A stretch of DNA of 64,000 nucleotides from Octopus sinensis (taxonomy: Eukaryota). Numbering within the stretch: position 1 is the stretch's first letter; the number at the start of each line of letters is the position of its first letter. Made by a program: the position numbers and the translations under genes. Shown here in pieces: positions 24,081-36,572 of the stretch. The DNA lies in contig NC_042997.1 in assembly GCF_006345805.1 (NCBI RefSeq), forward strand, positions 168,950,001 through 169,014,000, given 5' to 3'. The notes beneath the pieces were generated by a model that saw only the letters and a list, made by a program, of their open reading frames with translations, did no database searches and had not been told where the DNA came from.

Positions 24081-24173
24081 TGCAAAACATTAAAAAAAAC
24101 TCAGTTCAGCTTTGAACCTCTGAGTCCTTGTGACTTGTGAAAGGATTTAGCTGTAGCTTAAATTACTAACTTA

Positions 24174-24482
24174 AGGTACGTGGTTTAATGCTTAGGGTAT
24201 TCGGCTCACGATCGTGTGTCCGATACTCGGCAGAGCTTTGTGTCTTGGAACGAGACACTTTATTTCACGTTGCTTCAGTCCACTCAGCTGGCAAAAATGA
24301 GTAGTACCTGTATTTCAAAGCCTTATCACTTTCTGTGTGATGCTGACTCTCCCTGAGAAATGCATGAAGGGTACGCATGTCTGTAGATTGCTCAGCCGCA
24401 TGCACATTGACTCCACAAACAGGCTGTTCCGTTGATCGGATCAATTGGAACACTCATCGCTCTAACCGACGGAGTACCAGTG
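24174..24482 (+). mobile_element. tRNA-derived SINE family C, diverged
   Basis: Degenerate head CGTGGTTTAATGCTTAGGGTATTCGGCTCACGATC followed by TGTGTCTT..GACACTTTATTTCACGTTGCT.CAGTCCACTCAGCTGGCAAAAATGAGT. Confidence 0.65.
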
Positions 24483-24572
24483 GAAATTTCTACTTTTAAT
24501 TATGATGTGATTTGAATAAGATGGGAGCCAACCTTTCCTTGGTCCTTAGTCTGATAAAATTTACCAACAGTA

Positions 24573-24780
24573 AGGTGACGAGCTGGCAGAAACGTTAGCA
24601 CGCCGGGCGAAATGCTTAGCAGTATTTCGTCTGTTCTTACATTCTGAGTTCAAATTCCGCTGAGGTCGACTTTGCCTTTCATCCTATCGGGGTCGATAAA
24701 TTAAGTACCAGTTACGCACTGGGGTCGTAATCGACTGACCCCACTCCCACAAAATTTCAAGCCTTGTGCCTAGAATAGAA
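24573..24780 (+). mobile_element. SINE family B' (family B head and core with the alternative tail)
   Basis: Head identical in form to family B; the tail is CCCACAAAATTTCAAGCCTTGTGCCTA. Confidence 0.85.
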
Positions 24781-24831
24781 AACAAAATTTATTTACAGTG
24801 CAAAGTAACGTGAATATTAAAATAATTCCCA

Positions 24832-25286
24832 ATAGGCGTAGGAGTGGCTGTGTGGTAAGTAGCTTGCTTACGAACCACATAGTTCCGGGTTCAGTCCCAC
24901 TGCGTGGCACCTTGGGCATGTGTCTTCTACTATAGCCTCGAGCCGACCAAAGCCTTGTGAGTGAATTTGGTAGACGGAAGCTGAAATAAGCCTGTCGTAT
25001 ATATGTATATATATATGTGTGTGTTTGTGTTTGTGTGTGTGTGTGTGCGTGTATGTGTGTGTGTGTGTATGTGTCTATGTTTGTCCCCCCAACATCACTT
25101 GACAACCGATGCTGGCGTGTTTACGTCCCCGTAACTTGACAACCGATGCTGGTGTGTTTACGTCCCCGTAACTTAGCGGTTCGGCAAAAGAGACCGATTG
25201 AATAAGTCCTGGGGTCGAGTTGTTCGATTAAAGGCGGTGCTCCAGCATGGCTACAGTCAAATGACTGAAACAAGTAAAAGAGTAAA
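24832..25286 (+). mobile_element. SINE family A, full length, with an internal ~37-bp duplication
   Basis: A box TGGCTGTGTGG, B box GGTTCAGTCCC, internal (TA)/(TG) tract and GTAAAAGA tail. CTTGACAACCGATGCTGG.GTGTTTACGTCCCCGTAA is duplicated. Confidence 0.9.
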
Positions 25287-26689
25287 CTGTTATTAATTAA
25301 AGATAGAAAAAAAAACTCCATTGATACTTCTATTTTGTCTTTTGTGGATGATGAAACCTTTCGCCATTTTAGCCACCATTTTTACCATTCGTTGTTTCTA
25401 ATATTCCCTTCGTGGTACGATTAACAATAACAACAAAAACGTAAAAACAAAATCATGTTGGGTACTGAAACGATAGTGATTAACTAATTTACTATTGGAT
25501 ATAACTTTTTGGATAACTAACCTTATAACCGATATAATTTACTAAATCCCAAGAAAGAGTATTTGACAAGAACCGTAACATTGGACTGATGTAATTTCTC
25601 TGACTGCAGCTCAATATACTGAGATGAAATTTCCAACAAGTGTTTAGTGTAAGCAGGTAGTGAAATCTACTAGTGTATCTATATCGTTGTAACCTGGATA
25701 TTACATGGTCCCGGCAATTTTATAAAATTAGCATACCTAAGCCGCCATATTTAACGAATTCAGATTGCATTGAAGTAGTATTACATCAGGGGAAATAACT
25801 AAATACATATTTCTTATCTTAATGAATACTTAGTAATATCTCATATTCTTACATTATTATAATTTAGAGTGTTAATTTGTAATATTACGATAATTAGCAA
25901 AAGTAGAGGCAAGCTGAATCACCAACTGATTGTGGTTCCTGGTTTTAACAATTCTGTTTCTATTATATTCCTATAAAAAAAAAACGTGATATCAACGTCA
26001 TTCGCCTAGTCTCTTTTCTTTTTTTTTGCGTTCTTTCTTTTTAATTATGTAAAACTAGTTTTCTAGAATAGAGGAAAATGATCTACGAGAGAGCTCATAT
26101 AAAATATACAACCACAGCAATAATCTCTCTCTCTTTCTCTCTTTCACACACACACTTACACATACACACACAAATTTTAAAAAATAGACCAAGAGCCCGT
26201 AAATGTTGAATTCTTCACTAGTCAAGGTAACTGTATTTAACGATTTCTTCTACAAACTCACCTTCAGAATAAAAGCAAGCTTCTGCTGAACTGAATCCGG
26301 TTTCAATCTGAAATTATTTCTAATCACCTACATTGTTATATCTTTAACAGACACATGGTCGACCTTATTTGTCAGTTCTATCCCTCAGAATTACAAAGAA
26401 ACATGTTTCTCATGATGGCTGTTGTGATCGTCAATGATCTTTCTTTATATCGTTCTTACACAATAAATTTGATGAGAAATTATGTTGCACACAACAGCGA
26501 ATATGACGAAGGTTTCAAGGTCGAAAACACAATTATAGACTTACAGAGCAGTTTCGATCTTTTATTCTCTCTCTCCACATTCAGTCCTTATAATGCATAC
26601 AATGTCTTTTGCATTCCATCGGATCACCTGACTACAGCCTAATCAAGGGAAATTACCACCCGAAATTCTTGACCTTGAAGCCTCAATAC

Positions 26690-26930
26690 TTCAATTCATC
26701 TGACTGGTTATAGTTACATGAGTTCTGCATTATGTTACCCAACTAATACGACTTAAGACATCAACCACCATAGCTAAGTAGGCGACCAATACTATTCTTA
26801 TAACCTTATTTCTCTACATTTCTCATACAACTAAAATCCCACTTAAAATATCTCAAGGTCAATAAATCGATCAGTCCTGAACTTGTCTCGTATTACCTTC
26901 TAATATTATGCTTCAGATTTATTGAAATGA
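26690..26930 (+). mobile_element. Very decayed LINE RT fragment
   Basis: LKYLKVNKSISPELV resembles the LxxLKxNKSPGPD motif that precedes LINE RT. Confidence 0.3.
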
Positions 26931-27328
26931 ATTTTGGCTAAACAGAAAAACATGTCTAGAGTTTGGGAAAATTTGAGAAGGAAAGAAGAATTTGAATGAG
27001 AGTTTAACGAAAGAAAAATTTAATGAACCGAGAAGTGTCATGAAAGTGAGATGGCGCGTGCAGGAAGTAAAAATTAAATAGAACCCAAATTCTTCAAACT
27101 ATTTTTTCTTTATTTGTAAATAACTATCAGTGTGTTCCATCCCCAAGAAAAGCATTCACTCTACCCTAAGGAACTCCCCATCTCCCTCATACCTAATATT
27201 TAAAATGAAACGAAATCAAACCAACGTGATCACTTCCTTCATCACGTCTTCACTCTCTCCCTCCCTCACATATCATTTCACTTCGTTCTCCCTTCCCCCT
27301 CTCTCTTTTCTAAGTAACCATCAATACC

Positions 27329-27490
27329 TATTTCTTTACTACACACAAGGGGTTAAACACAGAGGGGACAAACAAAGACAGACAAACGGATTAAGTCGAT
27401 TATATCGACCCCAGTGCATAACTGATACTTATTTAATCGACCCCGAAACAATGAAAGGCAAAGTCGACCTCGGCGGAATTTGAACTCAGA
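27329..27490 (-). mobile_element. SINE family B, 5'-truncated monomer
   Basis: TSD AGTAACCA(T/C)CAATACCT on both sides. Confidence 0.88.
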
Positions 27491-27737
27491 GTAACCACCA
27501 ATACCTTTTAGGTAGAACTTTTGTTGTTTTCGGTATTAGAATCTCCGAGCTAAGTCCCTCGCCTTTGGTCTTCGTCTGTCACTCAACTTTTGAATAGGAA
27601 ATTCCCTGTTTGATCCTGAAGTACTTTGAACCCTGCTTGTACTCAAGTTATGCCTCATACATCATTTCTTAATGAGCGACCTTACTTCACTTTAACCACA
27701 CACACTCACACATACAGAAAGAAGCCCACACATATGT

Positions 27738-27813
<76 letters not shown>

Positions 27814-28483
27814 ATCCTACACTATGCATTTATTATCATCCTTCATTTCTCCATAACATCCAACACACAGGCATAATTCACACGAAACCTTGACACCTCA
27901 CATCAGGCATACGTTGTTTGTATGGAAGAGAAAAAATATTCCAGTGTGAACGAGGCAGTATAATCTCTCTCTCTCCGTACCTTCTGCCCTCCCTCTCCTC
28001 TTTCTCTCTCTCTCTCGAAGACACAATCACCTCACGGATTAAAGAAACAAGTCTACCTTTATATCTGAAAAACAATCGACTTCAAATGTAAAGGCACACT
28101 GAATAATGTATTCCAAGATATGCTCAGGATTGGCCTGTTTGGTGTTAAACAAGAACAAGAACAACAATAACAACAACAGTTACGATGACAACAGCAGCAA
28201 CATTAGCCAAGACTTCTTGAATCAAGTATTTATCTAACTTTCTTTAAATATTTAATCGAAGTTGCTTTCTGAGATGAAGAAATTCTAGAATAGAAAGCAG
28301 GGAAACATAAGTAGAGACGATAATCGATAAATAAGAGGCAAAGCGAAGAGAAATAAGGAAAGTACAGAGAAGGACAATTGAATAGATAAGTGTAGAGAAA
28401 TATATCATTCGACTGAAACTTTCTCGTTCTTAAAGAGGTGATTAGAATACATGTAATGGCGGGGAGTTCACAGATGATATAAA

Positions 28484-28890
28484 AGGCGATGAGCTGGCAA
28501 AAACGTTAACACGCCAGACGAAATGTCTATCGGTATTTCGTCTGCCACTACGTTCTGAGTTCAAATTCCGCCGAGGTCGACTTTGCCTTTCATCCTTTCG
28601 GGGTCGATTAAATAAGTACCAGTTACGCACTGGGGTCGATATAACCGACTTAACCCGTTTGTCTGTCCTTGTTTGTCCTCTCTGTGTGTAGCCCCTTGTG
28701 GAGTAATAAAGAAATAGGTATTTCGTCTGCCGTTACGTTCTGAGTTCAAATTTCGCCGAGGTCGACTTTGCCTTTCATCCTTTCGGGGTCGATTAAATAA
28801 GTACCAGTTACGCACTGGGGTCAATATAATCGACTTCATCTCTTTGTCTGTCCTTGTTTGTCCCCTCTATGTTTAGCAGTAAAGAAATAA
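28484..28890 (+). mobile_element. SINE family B dimer
   Basis: One head and two units, junction AAAGAAATA|GGTATTTCGTCTG, TSD AGATGATATAAAAG. Confidence 0.92.
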
Positions 28891-29021
28891 GATGATATAA
28901 AAGCTTACACATGCGCGCACGCGCACAAATATGCACATATATACGATAGCCTTCTTTCAGTTTCTGTGTACGAAAGCTTTGGTCGGCCTGAGGCTATAAT
29001 ATATATATATATATATGATTA

Positions 29022-29053
<32 letters not shown>

Positions 29054-29136
29054 TCAAAGGACATACTAAGAATCACTGCTTTGCATGTTATAAGAAATAG
29101 CATATGTCGATGGTTTTATATAGCACTTCAAGATAT

Positions 29137-29180
<44 letters not shown>

Positions 29181-29197
29181 ATATATATACAAAACAA

Positions 29198-29373
29198 ACA
29201 CGGGGTTGAGGCAGAAAAGTTCAAGGCTTTAAGGGTATCATGAAAGGTTTGGCTGGAAGCCCAACCATCCGAGTTCTTTTACAGGGCTTAGAAAACTGAA
29301 GGACTATCGCAATAAGTGTGAATCTGAGAGGGGAATACGTTGAATAAAATCCAAATTAACTGACCCTCTCGTA
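29198..29373 (+). mobile_element. Mariner-derived deletion derivative or MITE remnant
   Basis: Ends with a transposase C-terminus-like NKCVNLRGEYVE* and TTAACTGACCCTCTCGTA. Confidence 0.45.
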
Positions 29374-29454
29374 TTTTCTTTTACCCAAAGGCAGGAACTT
29401 TTCAGCACCACATCGTGTGTGTGTGTGTGTTGTGTGTGTGTGTGTGTGTGTGTG

Positions 29455-29491
<37 letters not shown>

Positions 29492-29557
29492 GTGTGTGTG
29501 TGTGTGGTGTGTGTGTGTGTGTGTGTATGTTTTTGTGTGTGTGTGTGTGTGTGTGTA

Positions 29558-30643
29558 TCTATATATATAAAATGTTTTGCCTCTCTGTCTGTTCTCAATG
29601 CATTCTCAAACGGCTCGACCAAACCAAGTCAAATTTTACATGGTAATAGTAACAGACCCCAAGAGTGTCGACATGTATTTTTTCATTTGGATTAAAACAA
29701 TACAACATTGCCACTGGTTCGGTATTACATGTCAAAAGTGAAAGAATAAGATCTATATTGTAATGTGATATAATATTGTTTCACTTTTATTTCTTTCACT
29801 TTTAATTCTAATGTGATAAGACTATGATATTGTTTCACTTTTATTCTTTCACTTTTAACTCCTGTTGACTAACATAACGAGCGGCTGGCAGTGTAACTCT
29901 TGACAAAAAGAATGAGGTATATAAAAATACACATTTACCGCTCAGTTACCAGTTAATAATTATCGCAGCAGTTGCAAATTTATCGTTAAATTAGCAGCTC
30001 ATACATGTGCTTCTATTTGGCTAATTTGCGTATATTTGGTTCACTTGTACTGCATACAAAAAATAATGACATACTACATACATACAGTTGCTTAAAATAA
30101 TAGATTACTGTATAATTTCTTCTATATCCATAAGTTTTGGTTTACAGTATTGAAAAACATATGCCACTTAAAAAAAGACGTAATCTCTCCAGAAACAACT
30201 ATAAAGCAAAGAAAATTGTAGAAAACCGAAGGCGAGAGTCTCAAGAGAGAAAGGAGATGAGACTTTTTCAAGATCAACAAACGCATGCTGCAGCCCGTGA
30301 AATGGAGTATCAAGAGAGAAGTGAGATGAGATTTTCTCAAGATCAGCAAAGGCATGCTGCAATACGTTAGATGGAGTATCAATACGGAAGGGAGATGAGA
30401 CTTTCCCAAGATCAGCAAATGCATGCTGCACGTCAGATAGAGTCTCAAGAGAGAAGGGAAATGAGACTTACCCAAGATCAGCAACCGCATCCTGCAGCAC
30501 ATCAAATGGAGTCTCAACACAGAAGGGAGATGAGACTTTCCCAAGATCAGCACTTTCCCGTATCACCGATTTCAACATAACTGTAAAATAGATATACAAA
30601 CTATGCCATTTTAATCCCGAGCAGCATCGGGTATCTCTGCTGA
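29558..30643 (+). mobile_element. Non-autonomous Helitron carrying the repetitive RepHel N-terminus
   Basis: 5' end a|TCTATATATATAAAA..TGTCTGT..AAACGGCTCGACC..AAATTTT. 3' hairpin CCCGAGCAGCATCGGG followed by CTGA (CTRR). Internal frame MPLKKRRNLSR plus five ~23-aa ESQERREMRLSQDQQ repeats, with one stop. Confidence 0.75.
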
Positions 30644-30827
30644 AACAAATCCTTCAATAAATTTGAAAATAAATGTATTTTAAGAACGGTTTATTAGCAT
30701 TAATTGTTTTCTTTTCATAAAATATATTTTCGAAACTTTGACCCTTGGGGATTTTGACCCTTGGGATTTTGACCCTTGGGATTTTGACCCTTGGGATTTT
30801 GACCCCAGGGGATTATAACCTAAACCC
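30644..30827. mobile_element. DNA-transposon terminus with 15-bp subterminal repeats (GGGATTTTGACCCTT)x4-5
   Basis: Tandem array ending GGGGATTATAACCTAAACCC. No partner end is visible in the window. Confidence 0.5.
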
Positions 30828-31297
30828 AATTACATACATACATACTTAGAAGGAGAGGAAAGGACGATAGCACTTCACTCTGTGCAACATGTTTCAATAA
30901 CATGCCATTTTATTCAAAGTTCTTGCAGTACGTCGTACAAAATGCTCGCCATGTCATCGGGCACCTATCTACTAAGATGACAAGAATCGACTGCTCAAAT
31001 TTATGAATAAAAACATATGTAGCTCGGATTAAACTACTCCCAGTAATAATCATTTTATTATATTTATTTACCGCGTGTTATACGTGACTAACGTTATTAC
31101 TGATATTGGTGTTGTGGAGTACCTATTATGTTTAAATAATCGTTCTTAATTTTATAATGGAATGATAAAGTAGAAATATTATTAATTGATTAATTAACTA
31201 ATTAATTCATCAATGTTCCCTCATTGTAGACCGCTATTCAATCGCATGCACAAAGCCACCGAGCTTATAACGACGACTGGCGTGATCCAAACTAATT

Positions 31298-31547
31298 GAT
31301 ACATACATACATACATACATACATACATACATACATACATACATACATACATACATACATACATACGTACATACATACATATACACATACATACATACAT
31401 GCATACATACATACGTACATACATACATATACACATACGTACATACATACATACATACATACATACGTACATAAATACATATATACACACACACATACAT
31501 ACATACATACATACATACATACGTACATAAATACATACACACACATA

Positions 31548-31579
<32 letters not shown>

Positions 31580-32057
31580 CACATACATACATACATACAT
31601 ACATATACACATACATACATACATACATACATACATACATACATACATACGTACATAAATACATATACACACACATACATACATACATACATACATACAT
31701 ACATACATACATACATACATACATAAGTATATATGAGCATGTCTAGGGATGCAACTATATGCATAAAAATACATACATAAAACAAAACATACAAATCTGC
31801 ACGTCTACATACATACATTCAAACAAAAATCCCCTGTTGATGTTGAAATTCCAATGAAGGAGCCTTAGATCTAGGTTAGAAACCGGCTTTTTCTCTATTC
31901 GCAAGAAATCTTGAAATAAAACTGAATAATGGCATATACACATACATACATACATACTACATACATACATACATACATACATAATACATACATACATACA
32001 TGCATACATACATACATACATACATATATATACATACGTACATACATGCATGCATGC

Positions 32058-32092
<35 letters not shown>

Positions 32093-32460
32093 CATACATA
32101 CGTACGTACATACATACATACGTACGTACGTACGTACATACATACATACATACATACATACATACATACATACATACATACATACATACATACATACATA
32201 CGTACATGGATGCATGCATATATACATACATACAATCATACGTACATACATACATACATACGTACGTACGTACATACGTACATACGTACGAACGTACGTA
32301 CGTACGTACATACATACATACGTACATACATACATACGTACGTACGTACATACGTACATACGTACGAACGTACGTACGTACATAGATACATACATGCATA
32401 CATACATACATACATACATACATACATACATACATACATACATACATACATACATACATT
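31298..32460. repeat. Long degenerate (TACA)n/(TACG)n field with a short unique insert at about 31815-31930
   Basis: Directly visible. Confidence 0.95.
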
Positions 32461-33485
32461 ATGGCTGCCCCCTCGTTATCGAGTATGGCCATTGCACGAA
32501 GCTTAACTGTTACTGGTGCTGTGATCGAATGTGACTTTGTAGCCCAGCTAAAGATCTACAATGTCTTGTACAAAATTGGCAACTAAGACATTTACTGGTA
32601 ATAGCCGGCTGTAGTTGTAACTGGGCTTCATGTACCTTTGCATGTCGTTTTAGTCCTCCTGCCGAATTACACTCTCTTCCACATGCCCGACAGATATGAT
32701 TAGTATGGTGTGTTACCCCACCACCAGTGGCCAGGTTGTCACTCATCTGTCTCGTTTTATGACTACGAAGATGACTCATGAGTCCAGCTTTACTGAGGCA
32801 GGGTCTTGCACAGACATTGCATGTCAGAATCAAAGGAAGACCCTTCCCATCTGGAAGTGTAACAGCGATGCCCTTCCTGACATCCCTCCTTACTTTCTCA
32901 TGTGTAACTCGAGATTTCTCAAACGTGACTGTCCCCTCATGCACAATCCTTCTCCACCTGCTACGATCAATAGCTATGCCTTCCTATGTGTCAGGAGAGA
33001 TGCAAGCATCTCTTAAGGAAGCTTTCAGCAAGTCCTTATACCTCTTTTTTGGTTTATGTGGAGGTCGTTCTCCTTTAGCTAACTCTCCATAAAAGAGTTG
33101 TTTTGGCATCCTTGAATCCTTCATTCTGACCAGATGACCACTCCATCTGAACCTTTGCTTTAACACAAGAGCTTCTATACTTACACACCGAGAGCCTTCG
33201 AGTATTTCAAGATCACTGATGCGGTCCTTCCACTTAATGCTATAGATCCGTCTGAGGCACATCTGATGGAAACGTTCCAGATGTTTTAGGTGGTATCAAT
33301 ATGTGACCCACGTCTCGCAGGCATAGAGAAGAGAAGGGAGCACACATGCCTTGTACACCTTTATCTTTGTCTTTCTGCATATGTCTCGCCGACTCCAGAG
33401 GCGCTTTTCTAGCCTTCCGAAAGCAACACTTACTTTCCTAATTCTATATGGAACTTCATCATCCACATTGCCATATCTATTAATA
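32460..33485 (-). mobile_element. 5'-truncated RTE-clade LINE with three C-terminal C2H2 zinc fingers
   Basis: One frame with two in-frame stops: VDDEVPYRIRK..AFGRL..TKIKVYKACVLPSLLYACETW..RWSGHLVRMKDSRMPKQLFYGEL..PKKRYKD, then CNVC..HLRSH, CRAC..HAKVH and CQFC..HIRSQH. (ATGT)n tail. Confidence 0.93.
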
Positions 33486-33819
33486 GATACATACATACAT
33501 ACATACATACATACATACATACATACATACATACATACATGGATGCATGCATACATACATACATGCAGACAGACAGACAGACATATATTAATGCAACCAC
33601 TAAAACATCTAATTTAAGCCAAACAGAACAGGGATTACATAGGTATGGGGCAAGAAATCATTGTAAGAGGAGATATAATTAGGATAAACATGCATTTAAA
33701 CACCGCTAGGAATATCAATTAGACACCATTTTAGTGACACCAAAATGGCATCGGAATAATAACAACAGAACTCTACACACAATCCAACTCTCAGACTTAT
33801 GCACAATGTATTTTACCAT

Positions 33820-34038
33820 TTATTTTTTTACCTGTTTCAGGTATTGGGCCGCGCCCACGATGGAACGTTACCTTGAAGGATTTAGTCGAAAAGATCAAAC
33901 ACAGCACTTATTTTGTCATCTTCAGTCTGGTACTTATGTTATCGGGTTCTTTTGTGGAACCGCTAAGTTAAGGAGACATAAACAAACCAACACCGATCAC
34001 CAAGCGGTGTGGAGGGACAAATATAAATTCAAACACAT

Positions 34039-34040
<2 letters not shown>
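33820..34040 (-). mobile_element. SINE family A, diverged 3' part
   Basis: GGAACCGCTAAGTTAAGGAGACATAAACAAACCAACACCG resembles the reverse complement of family A. Confidence 0.6.
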
Positions 34041-34100
<60 letters not shown>

Positions 34101-34499
34101 ACACATTTTGCCCACCTATATTTGTCTTTTGAATGCTCAAAGAGAACAGAATATTTTCTGAAATAATGTTCTGAATATGTCGTAGTGTTTTAAATGCATT
34201 CAGAGTAGGTCATTTGCTTAGCTGATACAGTTTTTGTAAAGTAGTGAACATTTGTAAAAAAAGTTTTCCCAAATTCAAAGTACAGTAAATATTATTCATT
34301 GTGTCCACCTACCCCTACATTTGAAAAGTTTTCTCCAACTTTTCTTCATTGCAAAGTATTTGAACAAATCTTCAAAATTCTGCTTCTATACTTATTAGAG
34401 ATAAAGCATCACGAATAATATTTTGGTGAGTTTAAAGTGATTTCTTTTGTGCCGTAATCATTTACCATTTCTGGGGTGGGCCCTTTCCATTAATGCTCC

Positions 34500-34822
34500 A
34501 AATAAGTGGTTATTTCGTTTAATGGTTCATCCAGCCCTGATCCTGGTAACTTGACAGAGATAGGCATTAAAACTGTCCCTCATCTTCCCTGTGACTTGTG
34601 GTTGTTCCCCAAGCTGAAAGAAAAGATGAAGGAGACTGTGACAAGGGTCAAGGACACCTTTCACTTTGGAGGACTGCCACGGTGCCTTCACGAAGTAGCC
34701 GGAGCGCCAGAAGTGCATTGAAGTCAGAAGATCCTACATTGAAGGTCATTAGAGTCTGGTACTTCTCTGAAATTAATATGTCTCTCCTGAAAAAGTCTGA
34801 AAACTTCTGGAATGCACCTTAC
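34500..34822 (+). mobile_element. Mariner transposase 3' remnant
   Basis: PHLPCDLWLFPKLKE and KCIEVRRSYIEG-like C-terminus, then AAAAGTCTGAAAACTT..AATGCACC as a TIR-like end. Confidence 0.65.
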
Positions 34823-35057
34823 ATACATACATGCATATACATACATACCTACCTACCTACCTACCTACCTACCTACCTACCTACCTACCTACCTACATAC
34901 ATACATACATACATACATACATACATACATGCACGCATGCATGCACGCATACATACATACATACATACATACATACATACATACATACATACATGCATGC
35001 ACGCACGCATGCATGCATGCATACATACATACATACATACATACATACATACATAGT

Positions 35058-35260
35058 AATAAATGGGGATGGCATATTTTGCCAATTAAACACACGCACT
35101 ATATATCTGGTTTTCACTTCAGCTTTATTATTATCATTTTAGTGTCCTTTGTCTAACCTCTTTCGTCACACTACCTGTGACATTTTGAGCGAGCCATTAT
35201 CCTACCTTTTTCCTTTTGTTCTGCTTATTCCAGGATGTGTGACGAAAGAGCTTTGACAAA

Positions 35261-35349
<89 letters not shown>

Positions 35350-35432
35350 GATGATAATAATAATAATAATAATAATAAGGCCGAAGTGAATACCGTGTGT
35401 TTAATTGGCAAAATATGACCACCCACCAATTA
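35058..35432. mobile_element. Fold-back MITE with long inverted arms; the right arm has an expanded (TAA)n
   Basis: CATATTTTGCCAATTAAACACACG..TTCACTTCAGCTTTATTATTAT..CTCTTTCGTCACA is mirrored by TGTGACGAAAGAG..ATAATAATAAGGCCGAAGTGAA..CGTGTGTTTAATTGGCAAAATATG. Confidence 0.8.
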
Positions 35433-35511
35433 TAGCAGTATGTGTTTCAACACACGATTTCACATCAAGAATCTTGCAAAACAAACAAACAAACACACAT
35501 ACACGCGCGCA

Positions 35512-35637
<126 letters not shown>

Positions 35638-36115
35638 TTATAAAATTCACCCATTCTGTATTGTCTACCTTTTATGCTACTTTCCTAGCACACACACACA
35701 CACACGTACACGCACATACCCAATCACATACACTCACAAACATTCTGTAATTACTCACTCACGAACATATTCTGTAATTAATTTACTGGTAATATCACCG
35801 ATGTCAAAAAGTACACTGATGTCAACAAGTACTTGGACATCTTCTACGTATATTCAATAGTGTAAACTATTGGTGTATTAAATTACACAATTATTATTAT
35901 ACATAGACACACAGACACACACACATATCTATACGAAATTAATTTGTGCAAAAAGAAAACGATAAGAAGTGTACCCCGTCTAATCTAATATTACTATAAA
36001 TGGTTCATATTACACTATGCATTACAAGTGATGATAGTTTCACGTACTTAAGTACGTTCACCTGGCGCTGATTGAACGCATATAATTCTACTTCATGTAG
36101 TATAAAGCATTTATA

Positions 36116-36176
<61 letters not shown>

Positions 36177-36572
36177 ATAGAAATGGTAAGACAACAAAAG
36201 AATGAAAGAGACCTCGATATTATGTAAATAGAGGAATTTTTCTGTAAATATGACAATATATATATATATATATATATTGTGAGACTGGGGAGAGAGTGCA
36301 ACACACATGTAACCAACCTTATTTCATAAGTACAACTTAACTGGATGAAGAGCACATTGTTATTTGTATTATGCAAAAAGCAACTAATAATATATGTACG
36401 CATCCTTAATTGCACGCAAGTTTCACGATACTTTAATCTCTTCCCTTGACAGGTAAACTAAGTTTGCTTGTTGTTAATTCGTTGATATCGTAATGTTTAT
36501 AATGTTTTGCACTTAAAAGCAGTTCATACTTACTGGAATAATAATGCATGCGTTTGGAGGCGTGTGCGTGTA

